DNA of 64,000 nt from Lama glama (Eukaryota): NCBI GenBank assembly GCA_028534125.1, contig CM052818.1, positions 9,922,001 to 9,986,000 of the forward strand, written 5' to 3'. This document shows positions 25,214 to 38,134 of this stretch, piece after piece. Each line of letters starts with the position of its first letter. The first letter of the stretch is position 1. The notes under the pieces are model-generated. The model did not search any database. It was not told where the DNA came from and saw nothing but the letters and a program-made list of their open reading frames with translations. Both the position numbers and the translations under genes were made by a program.

Positions 25214-27276
25214 TCCATTCTCTCAACCCACTCCAATCAGACTTATCTCAAACTGTTCTCATATAGGTCAAAACCTTGCCAAATCCAGTGGTCAGTTCTC
25301 GATCTTTATCTCACTCGAATTCTCAATAGGATTTGGTACAATTAAACACTTCTTTTTGTACCATACCCTCCTGTCTTTCCTGCTGCCTCTCAGCCTCCTT
25401 TTCTGCTTCTCTCTTTCTCACCTCTAAATCCTGTAGTGCCGTAGGCTCCATCCCCTACCACTCCTCTCCTCTTCTCTATTTATATTTTCTTGGGTGACAT
25501 GTGGTCCTGTGGGATTAACCACCATTTACATGCCAATATCTCCAAATATATATCTCCAGTTCCAATCTCTGCAACACCCTGGAGCTCCATACTTACATAA
25601 GTCCACCTGTCTATCTGACATTTCCAACTGGGAGTCCAATAAGTGTCTCAAATTAGACCGCTTCAACCTAGAACTTGGTTTTATCCTTCAGACCTGCTTC
25701 TACCTCCATCTTCACCATCTCAGTGTAGTCACCTAGATTTTGCTCAGAGTGAACACCCAGGAACCATTGTTGATTATTCTATTTCCCTTATCCGATGTCA
25801 ATTTAACAAGTTATAACAATTCCATCTTCAAAATAAATCCTGGTTGGACAACCTCTCATCACTTCCCCATCTCTCATTTGGACTCCCTATAATAGCTTCC
25901 TGTCTCTGGTCTTTCTGCCGTCATTCTTGCTTTCCTGCTATACTTACAGTCTGTTTTCTGCATAGCAGCAGGAATGCTCTATATAAAGAGCAAGTCAGCA
26001 ATGTCACCCCATTCACAACCATCCAGTGGTGTCTCTCATACTTTGAATGAAGCCCTCTCCTTACAAAGGCCTATGAGGTTGACATGAACTGGCCTCCACC
26101 TCCCTCTCCACTTCACTCTTACTCTGTTCCAGCCACACTGGCCTTTTCTGGATATCCCATCTAAGATAAACTCTCTTCCCCTGTAAGTCTCTATTCCCTT
26201 AGAAAGCCATCTGCTTCCCAAGGTCCCCATGCCCCTGAAGACAACTCTTCTCAGCAATGACCACTGGTGGGTTTGCCATGGGGGAGGGAGTGGCCATAAC
26301 ACCTGGCCCTAAATATCCCACCAAGTATGAGGGAAAGTGGCTAGAAAGTTGCATCCTGAGTCAATGGAGCAAAACTCACATCTGCTGATTAATGGAGCAC
26401 TGTGATGAGAGTACACATCCTTCCTGTGTTTTTTCCCAAACATTACATGATGTTGATTGACCAGAGGGAGACAAGACAGAGTCAGGGTGACCTACCTGTA
26501 TTGTAGACCTAGGGAGTGCAGAGGGACATTCTGGAGGGAAGAGTGTGTGTCAGGTGGGAAGGATATGCCAATCAGGAAACATCCTGTAAAACTGACTTCA
26601 TAGAAAATTTAAGAACAGAGCTTAGTGGCTTCACTTTCTGGCTCTAGTAATTCTTTTCTTGGTTGCACACTAGGGTTGAGATTAAATAAATTGTTGTAGA
26701 CTCTAGTCAGCACTGAAGCACTTGGACCCTGGTTGAGTTCAATCAGTGAGGCCAGCTGCAGGAAGGAGACATTTCTGCCACACTCTTGTTTAGGGATTGT
26801 TACCTGGGCCCAAGGAACAGCCAGGATTTCTCTGGGATCTTGCTGTAGGGCGAGCTTTTAAGCAACCCCGGATCCCTGACCCTAACCGGGACTGTGAAGG
26901 CTGTCAGGACCCTGGAGGATTCCAACATCAAGCACCCTCTCTGCCATGATGGAGGGGAAGAGAACTGACTGCAGGACATGGACTAGATGCTCTGCAACAT
27001 GTTTTACTGTACTATCTCAGAAGTCCTAGCACTTGCCTTAGGAGGGTCCATCTGTATTAACTACCTCAGTAATGTATTCATTGTTGTGACAAATAGTCAT
27101 TGTGCACAATTATACCCCAGATACCATTGTTCTAGAAACTATGGTTATGGGGTAAAGAAGACCAAGTTTTGCTCTCGTGAAGCTGACTTTCAAGTAGAGT
27201 ACATGACCAAGCAGACAAGTGAATCGATGAATAAATCTGTCAGACAAGATAAAAAATGCCAAGTCATTCAATAGGT

Positions 27277-27597
27277 TAGTGACTGTCTAAGTGTGATCCA
27301 CAGACCTCTGGGGGTTTCTGAGACATTTACAGGAAGTCTGGGAGGTCACGACTATTTTCACAAAAGTATTAAGACATTATTTGCCTTTGTCACGCTCATT
27401 CTGTCCTCAGTATACAGTGGCATCTTCTAGAGCCTATGTGTTTTGATGATGTCATTGCTCTGGTAGGTAATGGAATGCTGGTAAATACTGATAGATACGT
27501 GGCCCACATACTGCCCTGTAATAACCCCATATTGGGATTCTCAATAATTTTTAAGAGTGTAAAGAAGTTCTGAGACCAAATAGTTTGAGAATCACTG
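27277..27597 (+). mobile_element. MER119-like hAT-Charlie non-autonomous element
   Basis: Charlie1-type ends (GAGGTCACGACTATTTTCA; CTGAGACCAAA..TTTGAGAATCACTG) with internal GATGATGTCATTGCTCTG..TAATGGAATG. Confidence 0.75.
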
Positions 27598-30149
27598 TGA
27601 AAGACAGAGCCTGGGGTGGTGGGGGAATTTATATATTATGGGATCTGTGCAAAAAAAAAAAAAAACCGGTGCTTTTCAGTTGGATGTGCCATGGACACTG
27701 AAGTGCAAGCTGGCTCTCCGGGTAGGGTCGTGACGTAACTCAAAGGAGGCACAAGCCCTGCGCCTGAGGAGGGGACTCTGGGAATCTGGCCGCAAGGCAT
27801 CTCCTTTGTAACGAGGCTGATGCTAAGGCTTTCGGGGGTATTGGCCAGTACCAATCATGGGTAGGAGCTGGCTCCCATTAGGAGCCTGGAAGGTAGAAGT
27901 GGGACTATTTGTGGCCACAGCTGTGAGAAGCAGGAAAACCCAAAGCCTCAGTGTCCACTCCCCCAGCCCACCTGTCTCCTCATGCCAGGGTCTAGGGCAC
28001 TGGGTTGCTATGACTTGCTTTATCCTGGCAGAGTCTTGGAAGACACGGGGCAAGGAGCCCAGGAAGCTGGATCACTCCCTAGGTGAGTTGTTGGGGCTGT
28101 GTGTGACATGATGACATCTGCTGGGCCCCTCAGCAAATTGCTCCCGATGTAGCTGCCTCAGCTCGACAGTCTGTCAGCAGCACTGACTGGGAACCCGCTA
28201 GCAGTGTGCTTTGGCAGGCGATCCAGGCACTGAAGTAGCAGTTCCCAGGAGGTGAGGTTTAAGTTATCTATCTATCAAATCCTGTCTCTCAGCTGACACC
28301 TGGAAAAACCAGGTGACACCCACATACCTGAGGCCCCAGCATCAGCCCAATTAAAGGTTGCAGTTTTTCTTTAGTTACTTTCTGACCTTGGAGTTCGAGA
28401 GTGTGGGTATTAGACTTTGCTTCTGATCAAACCGCGTGACCATTCCAATGTCTGAGTACTTGGAAGTGAACGTGCGTACATGTGTGTTACACATTTTGTT
28501 GGGTCCCTTTCAGTACGACCTAAGACTGATCACTGGACGATGACTGATCACTGAGTATGCACTTAATTCCACAAGCAGAAGCAACCTGTCCAGGAAAAAC
28601 CCCAAACAAGCCACCAGATAAAGGTTTAAATGGGCTTTCTGCCAGTGAATTGCATTTGATAGTTGCGTGGGTGCAGCCCATGGCAGGAATCCACACAGCT
28701 CACAGGAGATCTGTGGGGCCCTGGGGTGTTGCAATGTCACTCTGTCTGGGTAAGTGACAGCCAGGATGTGGGATTTGGTGATTATTTTTGGTTTGGTTTG
28801 TTTCTAGCTCAGAAGAAAGACTATATATAACATTGAGAGAGGCATAACTTCTAGATTGTCAAGGTTGGTTCTAATAGTGAATGATATACTAATATATGTT
28901 ACATGGAACCACAAACTTGCAAGAGCAATGCTCATGCACTAGATGAAAGGATAAATCTTCTGCTGTGTAATGGGAAAAGAAAGCTGGCAATGTAAATGCA
29001 GTCTTAATATTTTTTTCCAGCAGTGCATGTGTAATTAGGCATCCAGTGACTTCCTCATATAAGGAAATTTGACTTTAATGGGAGCTATGTGGCTAACTAT
29101 GAATGGAGTCTTTTGAAAATGCAGGGGTGAGGATGGGAAGGTATTAACTGTTAAGATAGATTATTTCCTTGGCCTTGAAACAAACAAAACAAAACAAACA
29201 ACCCCCCCCACATACACACACCACCATCACCAATCTGCCAGCACATAAGCTATATGAATACATGCTAGACTAATTTCCCAAGCCCTGGAAATTAAGCCAG
29301 GAACAGAAAGGTCTGATAATTTTCATCTCCTCATATTTTGATCATGTAAGGCTCCCTTCCAAAAGGGCTTCTGCTTAATCAATGCAGTTTCATTGGTGTC
29401 TAGAAACTGCACATCTTATGATGCAATCTCATGATGTCTTGGAAGATTAAGGCATATCCTTGGGTAAATCCAAAGTTCACCATTAGGGAGAGGACGTTTC
29501 AAGCACATAGCTTAACTCCAGCTGATATAATAGAAGCACACTCCACCCCATCTCCCAGCCCCTAAATGTCCAGAGAATCACTGGGAACAGATCAGAGCAG
29601 TAACAGCCTGACCAGGGTGGGTGCCAGATATGACAGCACTAAAAATGTTTGCTGGGTGCCATGGTAGAAAGGGTTAAGAAGTAAAGGCAGAAACCGAGCA
29701 TGAAGATTGTAAGATTGTGGACCGTCCTCAAAGGCAACACTCACTTCCGAAACCCTGGCTCCTAGTGCGTGGTTCATCCTGGGGGAGATCTTTCAGAGGG
29801 AACAGTGACAAACTGAGTCACCCCCATCATATCTTCAGCTTAAATGGCCAGGATTCCTACGTGGTTTCAGCTCATCGGGCTTAACAGTCTATTAGGAAAA
29901 GGCATTCTTTCTAACCAAATTTAAAAACTGGTAATTGAAAAAAAAGTTTTGAAATAAAATATACTTGACTGTTCTTCTCCTGGCAGATTACAGAAAATAT
30001 TTTGAGCTGTCAAAAGGGGGCATCCTTGCTTTTCCAGATAAAAGAACAACTTGAGTTTGCTTTTCAGAGAAGAAGCCTCAGTGGGAGTGGCAGGCGGCAG
30101 AGCGCATAGTGATTCTTAACATAACAGGTGTGATTCTAAGGAGACACCT

Positions 30150-30516
30150 GGGGGCGTGGACCCTGGCTCCTCCAGCCAGCAGCAGCAGCACCACCACCAA
30201 GAAGCCTGTTATCAATATGGGATCTCACCCTAGCCCAGACCTACCGGATTAGAATCTGCATGTAACAAGGCCCTGGGTGGTCAGGGAGCATCTTCAGGTT
30301 TGAGCAGCTCTGCTCCACAGCCATATTTCTTAACCTTCCCAAAGAACAAGAAACACCTGGTGGGTGGGGAGCAGCGGGAGGCTTGTTAAAAAAGATTCCT
30401 GGGCTTCCAACTCTCACCTACTAACCCAGAATTTTCAGCACAGAGGTCTGGTAATTTGCATGTTTAACAGATGTCCCAGGTGATACTAATCCTGAGTGAT
30501 ACGTAAGCAACATTAC
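30150..30516. mobile_element. Two adjacent MER5-family hAT MITEs
   Basis: CCCAGACCTACC..ATTAGAATCTGCAT..AACAAG and TTTGCATGTTTAACAG..CCCAGGTGAT motifs. Confidence 0.7.
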
Positions 30517-30936
30517 AAGGCTACTTTTATATTTTGAAAGAAATACATACTGATCTCAAAAAGAAACTGCTTTCTACAGAACACATCTTTCTTTCGGAAA
30601 GGTGCAGTCTCCCTTTTCCTTCCCACTCCTACTCTTGAAAACAGAATGCTAAGGACAGGGAAGTGGGAAGCAGAAGGGAAACCTCAGAATGCTGCCCGCA
30701 CGGGTGTAGCGGGAGAGGCCCGAGGGAGAGGTTCTGGGCGCTCTGTGACACTGTGGGCACGGGGATTGCCAGCAGAGGGCAGCAAAGTACGCCCTGCTGC
30801 AGGGACCTACCAGAAAGACTTGCTTCTGGGACTTTCTGGAACTGTTGGTGGACCTCAGGTATGGCCAGACTGACCCTATGTTGAGGTCTCAGTAGGCTCC
30901 AGTCGGGTCTGAATGGGAGCCAGGTAAGGTCTGAGC

Positions 30937-31248
30937 CAGTGTCGTCCAGTAGAAATGGAATGTGAGCCACAATGATGATTTTAACTTTTCTAGAAGCTGT
31001 ATTAAAAACAAAACAAAAAACAGGTGACATTAATTTTAATAACGTTTTATTTAACCCATCTAAAATGTGATCATTCAACATGTAATCAATATAAAATGAT
31101 TAATGAGATAGTTTACATTTCTTTCTGTACTAATTCTTTGAAATCCAGTGTGTATTTTATACCCGCAGCACATTTCAGTTTGGACCAGACCCATTTCAAG
31201 TGCTCAGTGGCCACACGTGGCTAGTGGCTACGGTACTGGACACTGTAG
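30937..31248 (-). mobile_element. MER33 hAT-Charlie MITE
   Basis: CATTTCAAGTGCTCAGTGGCCACACGTGGCTAGTGGCTAC. 8-bp TSD GTCTGAGC/GTCTGAGT (30929-30936 / 31249-31256). Confidence 0.9.
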
Positions 31249-33574
31249 GTCTGAGTTGTTGAAGGACTGAGGGAAAAAGATAAGGCCAGGTAAAGGGGAG
31301 ATTAGGACCAGAAAAGGGAAGGATTAAAATCTGGCCTAGGGACAGATTCTTATGTTTTCATCCACAATCAAATATTCCCTGAGGGGCTACATTTCAGTTC
31401 ATTATTGAGGACCTATTATCCGCCAGGAGTTGGGCTGGAGGTTGGAGGTACCTAACCCCTTGAACACAGCCTCTGATGCTGAGGAGCAGGGTCCAGACTA
31501 GTGGGGAGACGGTCTGTTTCCAGAATCTCTCAGGTTCGCGTGGGACATGCCGAAGCAAGTTTCTGAGCAGGCACTGGGTGGACCCTGAGACAAATCATTT
31601 GACCCACCCTGGGGGAAGAGGCTCTGAATGACAACTCCGTCAGTATTGGTTTTGCTTCGTTTTTTTCCTTCTCATAATCATTTCCAGGTTTACTCAGAAG
31701 TTGTCTGAAACACACATTGGTTTGGTCTGGGGAAAGAAAGTCTGGCGGAGGGGAAAATCCCTGAGCTGGCTCTAAGGCTCCCTGAAAGGAAAAGCCAGCA
31801 CATCATCAGCTACTGTCGTACTGAATCCCATCTGCGGCATCCCAACCTTTTACCAGAGGTTACACCTACCACATTCAAGGTCTCTTATTCCCCCAGCAGC
31901 ACTGTTCTAGGTTAATGCTATTTTGGGAATGCGGTTCTTCATTTCAGTGTGAATTTCCTCATCTTTCTGCACAAATTGAGTGAAATCCTTAGTGCATTTT
32001 TTTTTCTTAGATGGATGGAAGCTGAAAGAGAATGGAAGGCCTCCAGCTGTTTGAGGCTCTGTCCTCAACGACAATCAAAATTCTCCATCTTTTCTTGTTC
32101 TTGGCACTTTCTGATTGAAATAAGATTCCAGCATTTATCTGCACCTGCAATTTTGACAAGAAAGGAAAATTTAAAAGACAAGTGAAAGAATTCTCTGAGG
32201 GAAGTCAATGAGTCGACAGTAGTCAGACGCCTGCAAATCTCTTTTTGCATTCCTCCGTCAATTAAGCTACAGTCACATATTGGAGAGCAGAACTTAAGTC
32301 TGTGAGTAGAAATGCAAAAATGTGCGTCCATCAGTAGCAGGAACCTTCCTTTGGAGCGAATATTACTTGGAGAGCAGCTGATGATCCATTTGGCATTGAA
32401 ATGGAGAGGATTTTGAGTCAAAGAGGCCACTTTAAATTATAGATTTGAGTTTAGTTGAAGGTCAAACTTACCTTGCATGAATAAAATCTTCAGAGATTTT
32501 GGAATATACTCAGAAAATGCAAGCTATCTTGAGCACATAAGCATTTCCTTCAGGGGATAAAAGCAGTTTAATATTATCGCCCTCTGCATAATTATTGACC
32601 ATATTAGCATAGGAGATACTGAAAAAGAAGGCAGAGTAACAATCTGATGACCGCTTTGATTCTCAGCAGCTACAACCATAAGCTTTGGCAGGAAGTTGCT
32701 TGAAGACCAGGGAAGATTGGTAAGGGAATTTGGAAGTGCCCAGTAATTTCACTGTGACTCAACAGACGGCCAAAATGACCCACCAAGAAGTGAGAGATTA
32801 TTTACCCAATCCTGTATGACATAAATAATCTCCCATCTCCAGGAATTTGGGGACCATCTATAGCATCATAATGATGGTTTTGTTATCTGGATTCATCTGT
32901 CATCTGACTCAAAGCTTCCTGGCAGCCAAGACGAAAAGGGAAATGTAATGAGTTACAAGCTCGTCATTTAGGAGGAAGAAATGTGCTCAGCTCTCAAAGG
33001 AAACTCAAAAGGGACATTGAGAAGGATGTACTCTAAACATTAAAATTATTTGGCTATAATATCTTTCCAAAAGCTCCTGGCTCACCTTGCAGATTTATCA
33101 TTAGGATTTGGGAAAGTGTAAATGCACTTCAAAGGTTTGCAAACCTGTTAATATGAATTGACTTCTTTTCTCAACTCCTCCCCCAATGCTAATCTAAAGC
33201 CTATGTCTTTTTTTTCCCCCATAGCTTGCTGTGTTAATTGGATTACAGAGATAATCCCCCTCCCATAAGAAGTAATCTCTGCAGGTTTTGGAATCTACAT
33301 TCTGCTGCATTTTGTAGGATTATCTCTCAAAGGCAAAGATTAGAAGCACTGGTTGGTGCAAATAAACTCAAGTTTTGTACTGTAATCCCTTCCAGTGAAG
33401 ATGGGGCCTGGGGAGGCTCCGAGGTTATAAGTGAACGAAAGAATGCTAGATTGGCAGTCTGAACACCTGACTCCTAATCTCAGTATCATCACTAATTAGT
33501 GGTATAATTTATGGCAAGTCACTTTACTTCTCGGAGACTCAATTTTTTGTGCAAAATGAGAAGTACTAGATCCA

Positions 33575-33912
33575 CATTTCTCAAAATTCAGTCCAAGGAA
33601 AACTGGTGCTTCAAAATGTCAATGGATATCCCATGAATGACAAATTGGAGATGAAGCAGATTTGGGGAACTCTACACACCATCTCCCTCGAGAACACAGC
33701 GCCCATCGGCTCATAACATGATTCTTAAGAGTTGTGCGGTAAAGAGATGCTCATACATGTTTATGTGTGTGTACGTGCATATGATGTATTTTACATACAT
33801 TATATATACACATATTTTTTTAATGCAGGGTTTTTCGAACTTATTTTGGCTGTAGAGTTCTTTTTTCCCTAAAGAAAACTTATCTTCAGGAATATGGGTG
33901 GTAAATGTTGAA
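33575..33912. mobile_element. Charlie4-like hAT element (related copies at ~49345-49603 and ~53115-53350)
   Basis: The shared motifs TTTGGG(G)AA, CAT.TTAAAGGCT.GAGAAG and AAAC.TGTTTAA recur in all three places. Confidence 0.55.
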
Positions 33913-33918
33913 CAAGAT

Positions 33919-35333
33919 CAGAGGTTCAAACTTTTTGTTCTCAGGACTCTTAAAAACTATTGCAGGGTGGAGGGTATAGCTCAAGTGGTAGAGCGCATAC
34001 TTAGCATGCACAAGGTCCTGGGTTCAATCCCTGGTACCATTTCCAAAAATAAAATCTAATTATCTCCCCCTCCAATAAAACCTAAAAATATATGAAGTCA
34101 CCTAGAAATGTAAGGAAAAGATACTTCAGTAAAAAACTATTGCAGACTTCAAAGAGCTTTTATTTATGTGAGTTACTCTATTTTTTTCATATTATACATT
34201 GAAAAGGACACATTAAAATATTTACTTATTAATTCAGTAAATATAACAATAAAACACATTGCATGTTATCATTAACTTTTTAAAAAAGTAACTATATTTG
34301 CAAAACCAAAAAATATTGAGAAGAGTAGCACCGTTTTACATGTTTGCAAATTTCTTTAATGTCTGGTTTGGTAGGAGGCATCCAAATTCTCGTATCTGCT
34401 TTTGTAGTCTGTTGTGATATGTTGTTTTGCTGAAACATATGAAGAAAATCTGGCTTTATGTGATTGGAAAAGGGGGAATGCTGATAAATGTGGAATATTA
34501 AATGATATCAATGAACTTTTCAGATCTCTTCCACTAAAATCCATTGGTCTATCTTATACTTTGAATGAGTTGTTTAGTTACACATGATTTTATAACATCA
34601 TGTGTTCATCATTTGGATGATATTTATTCACTGATATGCAGATCTTCCAATGGATGATACATTCCATTACACAACAGCAACTATACAATATTTAAAAAAT
34701 CACATTTGTCAATATCACCACAAAGCTATCAGAAAAGTCTTTGAGGATCGGGACGCTGTCAAGCTCAGTGTGGGAGGTCCAAGTTTTTCAAGCTTCAAAA
34801 TTTTATTTGAAAGCTCAAATTTTATCATTGGCAACAAATACTGTCAATTGTTTCCCAAGTCTGAAGAACCACAGTTTGTCAATTGTTCTTTCAAATAAAA
34901 GTGATGTTGCTGGTTCAGCTCGCAACTCAACAGTCACACAAGTGCTTTTGCTCAGGATCACTGTGCTAGACATGTATTTCTCATTTCATCCCATAGCATG
35001 TTAACTCAAGAGTCGAGATTTAACAAATTTAGTAATTATTGCCACTTTATTAAGGACATTCATAAGGGACATTGGCTCTTTTCTTTTTCACTGCCTCTGT
35101 GTAGTGGTGAAGAATGCAGTGACCACTGGTACAGTCTGGTGCCACTGCTTTGATTCATGCAAAGGCACCAGCAGTTTTACCTGCTGTTGCTTTTGTGTCA
35201 TTAGTGCAAATCCATCACAGTGAAAAAGACAGTGTCTTAGTATTATTATGAAGTAAACTTTGACCTCTCAGATATCCCTGAAAAAGTCTTGGGGACACCC
35301 AGGGGTCTGTGGGCTTCACTTTGAGAACCACTG
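33919..35333 (-). mobile_element. Charlie1a-like hAT DNA transposon with both termini, interrupted by a SINE
   Basis: Reverse-complement homolog of the element at 1-1864 (e.g. GCAGATCTTCCAA, AATATCACCAC). Termini CAGAGGTTC (33919) and GAGAACCACTG (35333). Confidence 0.9.
33966..34131 (+). mobile_element. Camelid tRNA-Ala(AGC)-derived SINE (vic-1 type) with extended 3' tail
   Basis: TAGCTCAAGTGGTAGAGCGCATACTTAGCATGCACAAGGTCCTGGGTTCAATCCC. Perfect 14-bp TSD AAAAACTATTGCAG (33952-33965 / 34132-34145). Confidence 0.92.
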
Positions 35334-35494
35334 GCCTAGACTGTCTTGAAGATCCTGCTCAGCTTTAAGATCTAAGATGAGGACAAATTTAGATTCATTT
35401 ACATTTCCCACCTAGTCCCTCTTCGTGTGCATTTTTACACATTTGTTTGGAAGCTGGGGTTCAGCTTGTGAACCTGGAATAAAGAAGAACAAAG

Positions 35495-35712
35495 CCCAGT
35501 GGTTAAGAGCATAGACTTTGGAGCTAAACCAAACTATTTCAGTTTGAATCCTGGCTCCATCACTTCCTAGCTGTGTGACCTTGGGTAGAGTTGCTTAACC
35601 TCTCAATGCCTTGGTTTTCTCATCTCTAGAATGGGCATAATAGAAGTCTCTACTTCATAGATTATTGTGAGGATTAAATGAGCTAATTGCCCATAACATT
35701 AAAACAGTGCCT
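35495..35712 (+). mobile_element. MIR SINE
   Basis: AGTGGTTAAGAGCATAGACTTTGGAG...TTGAATCCTGGCTCC..CTAGCTGTGTGACCTTGGG. Confidence 0.9.
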
Positions 35713-37494
35713 CCGTTAACTCAGCATGACATAGGGAAAGGGTGGAACTTGGGTGAGGGGAGTAGAACTTTCTGACTTCTGGAAAGAGATAACCTATGTA
35801 AAAAGAAGAAACTGGTATTCTGATTTATAGTTCAGTCTCTTGTGAGTTTAGTTAGCTGGAGTTTACTACTGAAAGTCTGATCATCTCTGGGTTTGTTGAT
35901 CAAGTCCATTTTCACATACTTAAGGTTAAGAGTCTTACGCTGATCAGTGATAGATTCATCAAGACCATTCAAGCCATGAGGTCTCTTGAAGGTCCAGGAG
36001 CTGACTTTCCCTGGATGACACCCATGACCTTTCTGTTCACACATCTTTCTAACTATAACCAATGTGGCATCATGATACATGTGCTGACATTGATTTTTAG
36101 TAGCCCAAGCAAGAATCCTGCCAGTTCTGTGGACCAACCAGCCAGTTTTTAAGTGAGACCCTTAATTGCTATTGACTGATCTGACATCGCAAGTGTGGAC
36201 CTGTGGTCATTTGTTTGGCTGCTTTGACTCAGGAGGGTGAAAAATGCAGTCAGAAATGGAATAGTGTTTGACCCTGTTGGGACACTCAATGGCCTAGAAC
36301 TTGTTACTAAGGCAATTTGGTGCTTGTCTTTTCTGCTCTCTGCCCTGCCTTTTCCGTTAGTGAGAGAGTGGAGCTGTAGGCACAGGAAGGCACATTCTCC
36401 AAGCCAGCGATGGAGTGGGAGAAGGATGGACGACAGTCCAGGAAGTGGGTAAGGACCGTGAAAGGCACATTTTGAGGCTGTACTATCTTCTTGGGGATGT
36501 TCATTTATCCAACAAATACTTACTTAGTTCTAGTACTAGACAGTAAAGAAGACAAACTATTCACTTCTCCCCTTTTCAGTTCACATTCTGAGACAGAAGT
36601 AAGGTAACCATATTACTACTCTGCTAATGGGGGCATCTAATTGTTTGCAATGTTGGACACGTGGTCATTGATGCTAAGTATTTAAGCCAGGGTGCTACCC
36701 TGGTGTGGGTCTGGGGAGGGTGGAAAGGACAAAAAATTCGTGAGCTTCAACACTGAGGATGCACACTCAGGACAAGTTCAAGCAGCAGAATCTGGGTGTG
36801 AGATTTGCATATTGACCTGCATATGCATTGGACTATACCCTTCCGCTTTCTCCTCTCAATGCTCATCTCAAGGTATCCCGAAGGGCCCCATGTTTTGGGA
36901 ATCCTGTGGAAATCACCCGACTTTGGCTAGAGTGTGTATCGGGTGCCACATCGAGAAGACAAAGTCTGATTTTGGAGGAAGGACAGGACCTGCAGCAGTG
37001 ACTTTGGGCCTGTCAGAAAGAAAGAATTAGAGGGAATGTAAATTAGCAGAAAATTTGGGGACGGAAGGGAAAGAAGGAAAGGAGAAACCAGAGAGAGGAG
37101 AAGTGGGTCAGAGGTTGGGCAACAGGGGGCAGAGGGACCCTTGCAGGCTCTCTGCCAGCAGACAGCCCTGCCACGACGTGGTAGCTGGGGTCTATACGGC
37201 GTTCTTCTGTTTTCACTTCACCAGACTCTGTTGTTTACGCTTTAAAATATGGGGTGCAGCAGAGAGAGAGGGATGGCATGAAATGAAGCAGAAGTTTGAG
37301 AGTAACAAATATAACTAGGGGGCAAAATGAAAACAAGAAGGTAAGAATAGATTAGGCTATTAAGAAAAACAAGGTACTTCTTAAAAAAGATAAAAGAGGA
37401 AGAGAAACTAAAGCCAAAAGAGGAATTTAAAGAAGACGAATTTTACTAAAGGGCTAGGAATTGGAAGCTGGCACAGAAAAACAATTATTATTCA

Positions 37495-37668
37495 CAGGGG
37501 ACAGATCTAGGTTTTGGAGGCCAGAAGCTTAAACAGTCTGGGGATGGGGCTTTCTAAGAGAAAGACTACAAAATTATACATGCAAAATTAGAAACAGGCC
37601 TTGGAAGGGGCCTCTGCTAAGGGTGGACCCTGAAACTTAAATCAATACTGCACAGTAAATCATCTTGC
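37495..37668 (-). mobile_element. Arthur1A/MER69A-like hAT-Tip100 MITE (related copies at ~53450-53612 and ~59084-59217)
   Basis: CAGGGG..GATCTAGGTTTT...GGCCTTGGAAGGGGCC. The reverse complement CCACAAAACCTGGAT occurs at the other two sites. Confidence 0.7.
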
Positions 37669-38134
37669 AAGTTTGTGGTGGGGCTCACTGATCTCCCTGG
37701 TTCACCTTCCAGATGGCCTCCAGCACTATCTGTGGGCGGGCCCGGCTCACCATCCTTCATGAGCAGTCCTTGGCTCCTAGGCGTAGGTGAAGCCCCTTAG
37801 CGGGCACAGCAGGCCCTCCCTGGGCCAGCTCGGTCCCTCCCCTTCCCTTTTGCATGTTCCAAGTCACCAACTCCACATTACTTGTCATACCCTTCATACT
37901 CCAGCACCAAATACTCATTCTGTTGCCTCTGCTTGGAATGTCCCCTTACTCACACTCTCCACCTCCTCTTTCTACTCATCCTTTAAGAACCTTCAGCTCC
38001 CTCCATCCTGAGGGTTGGGGGCTGGGTTATCTCACGGCACTGTGCATACTTCCAGCATAGACCTTGTCTGTGGTAAGGTATGGTACTGGCTGATTGCTGC
38101 CTGCTGCCTGCCCTCCACGGCCCCCACACCGTAC

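Larger units (their letters stand above)
21900..26215 (+). mobile_element. Long L2 LINE (ORF2/RT region to 3' part) in two collinear pieces, ~21900-22735 and ~25215-26215
   Basis: The left piece ends at CTCCAGGAAAAGGGTATCT. The right piece resumes at CCATTCTCTCAACCCACTCCAATCAG..GCCAAATCCAGTGGTCAGTTCTC, as in the recalled L2 RT region. Confidence 0.75.

Noticed and set aside
30629..31081. 150-aa minus-strand ORF
   Set aside because: Starts inside MER33 and has no recognisable domain.
33966..34040. tRNA-Ala(AGC)-like gene
   Set aside because: Flanked by a 14-bp TSD and followed by a SINE tail; acceptor stem is imperfect. It is a SINE, not a tRNA gene.
35832..36137. 101-aa minus-strand ORF in unique DNA
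   Set aside because: Non-ATG start and no recognisable homology.
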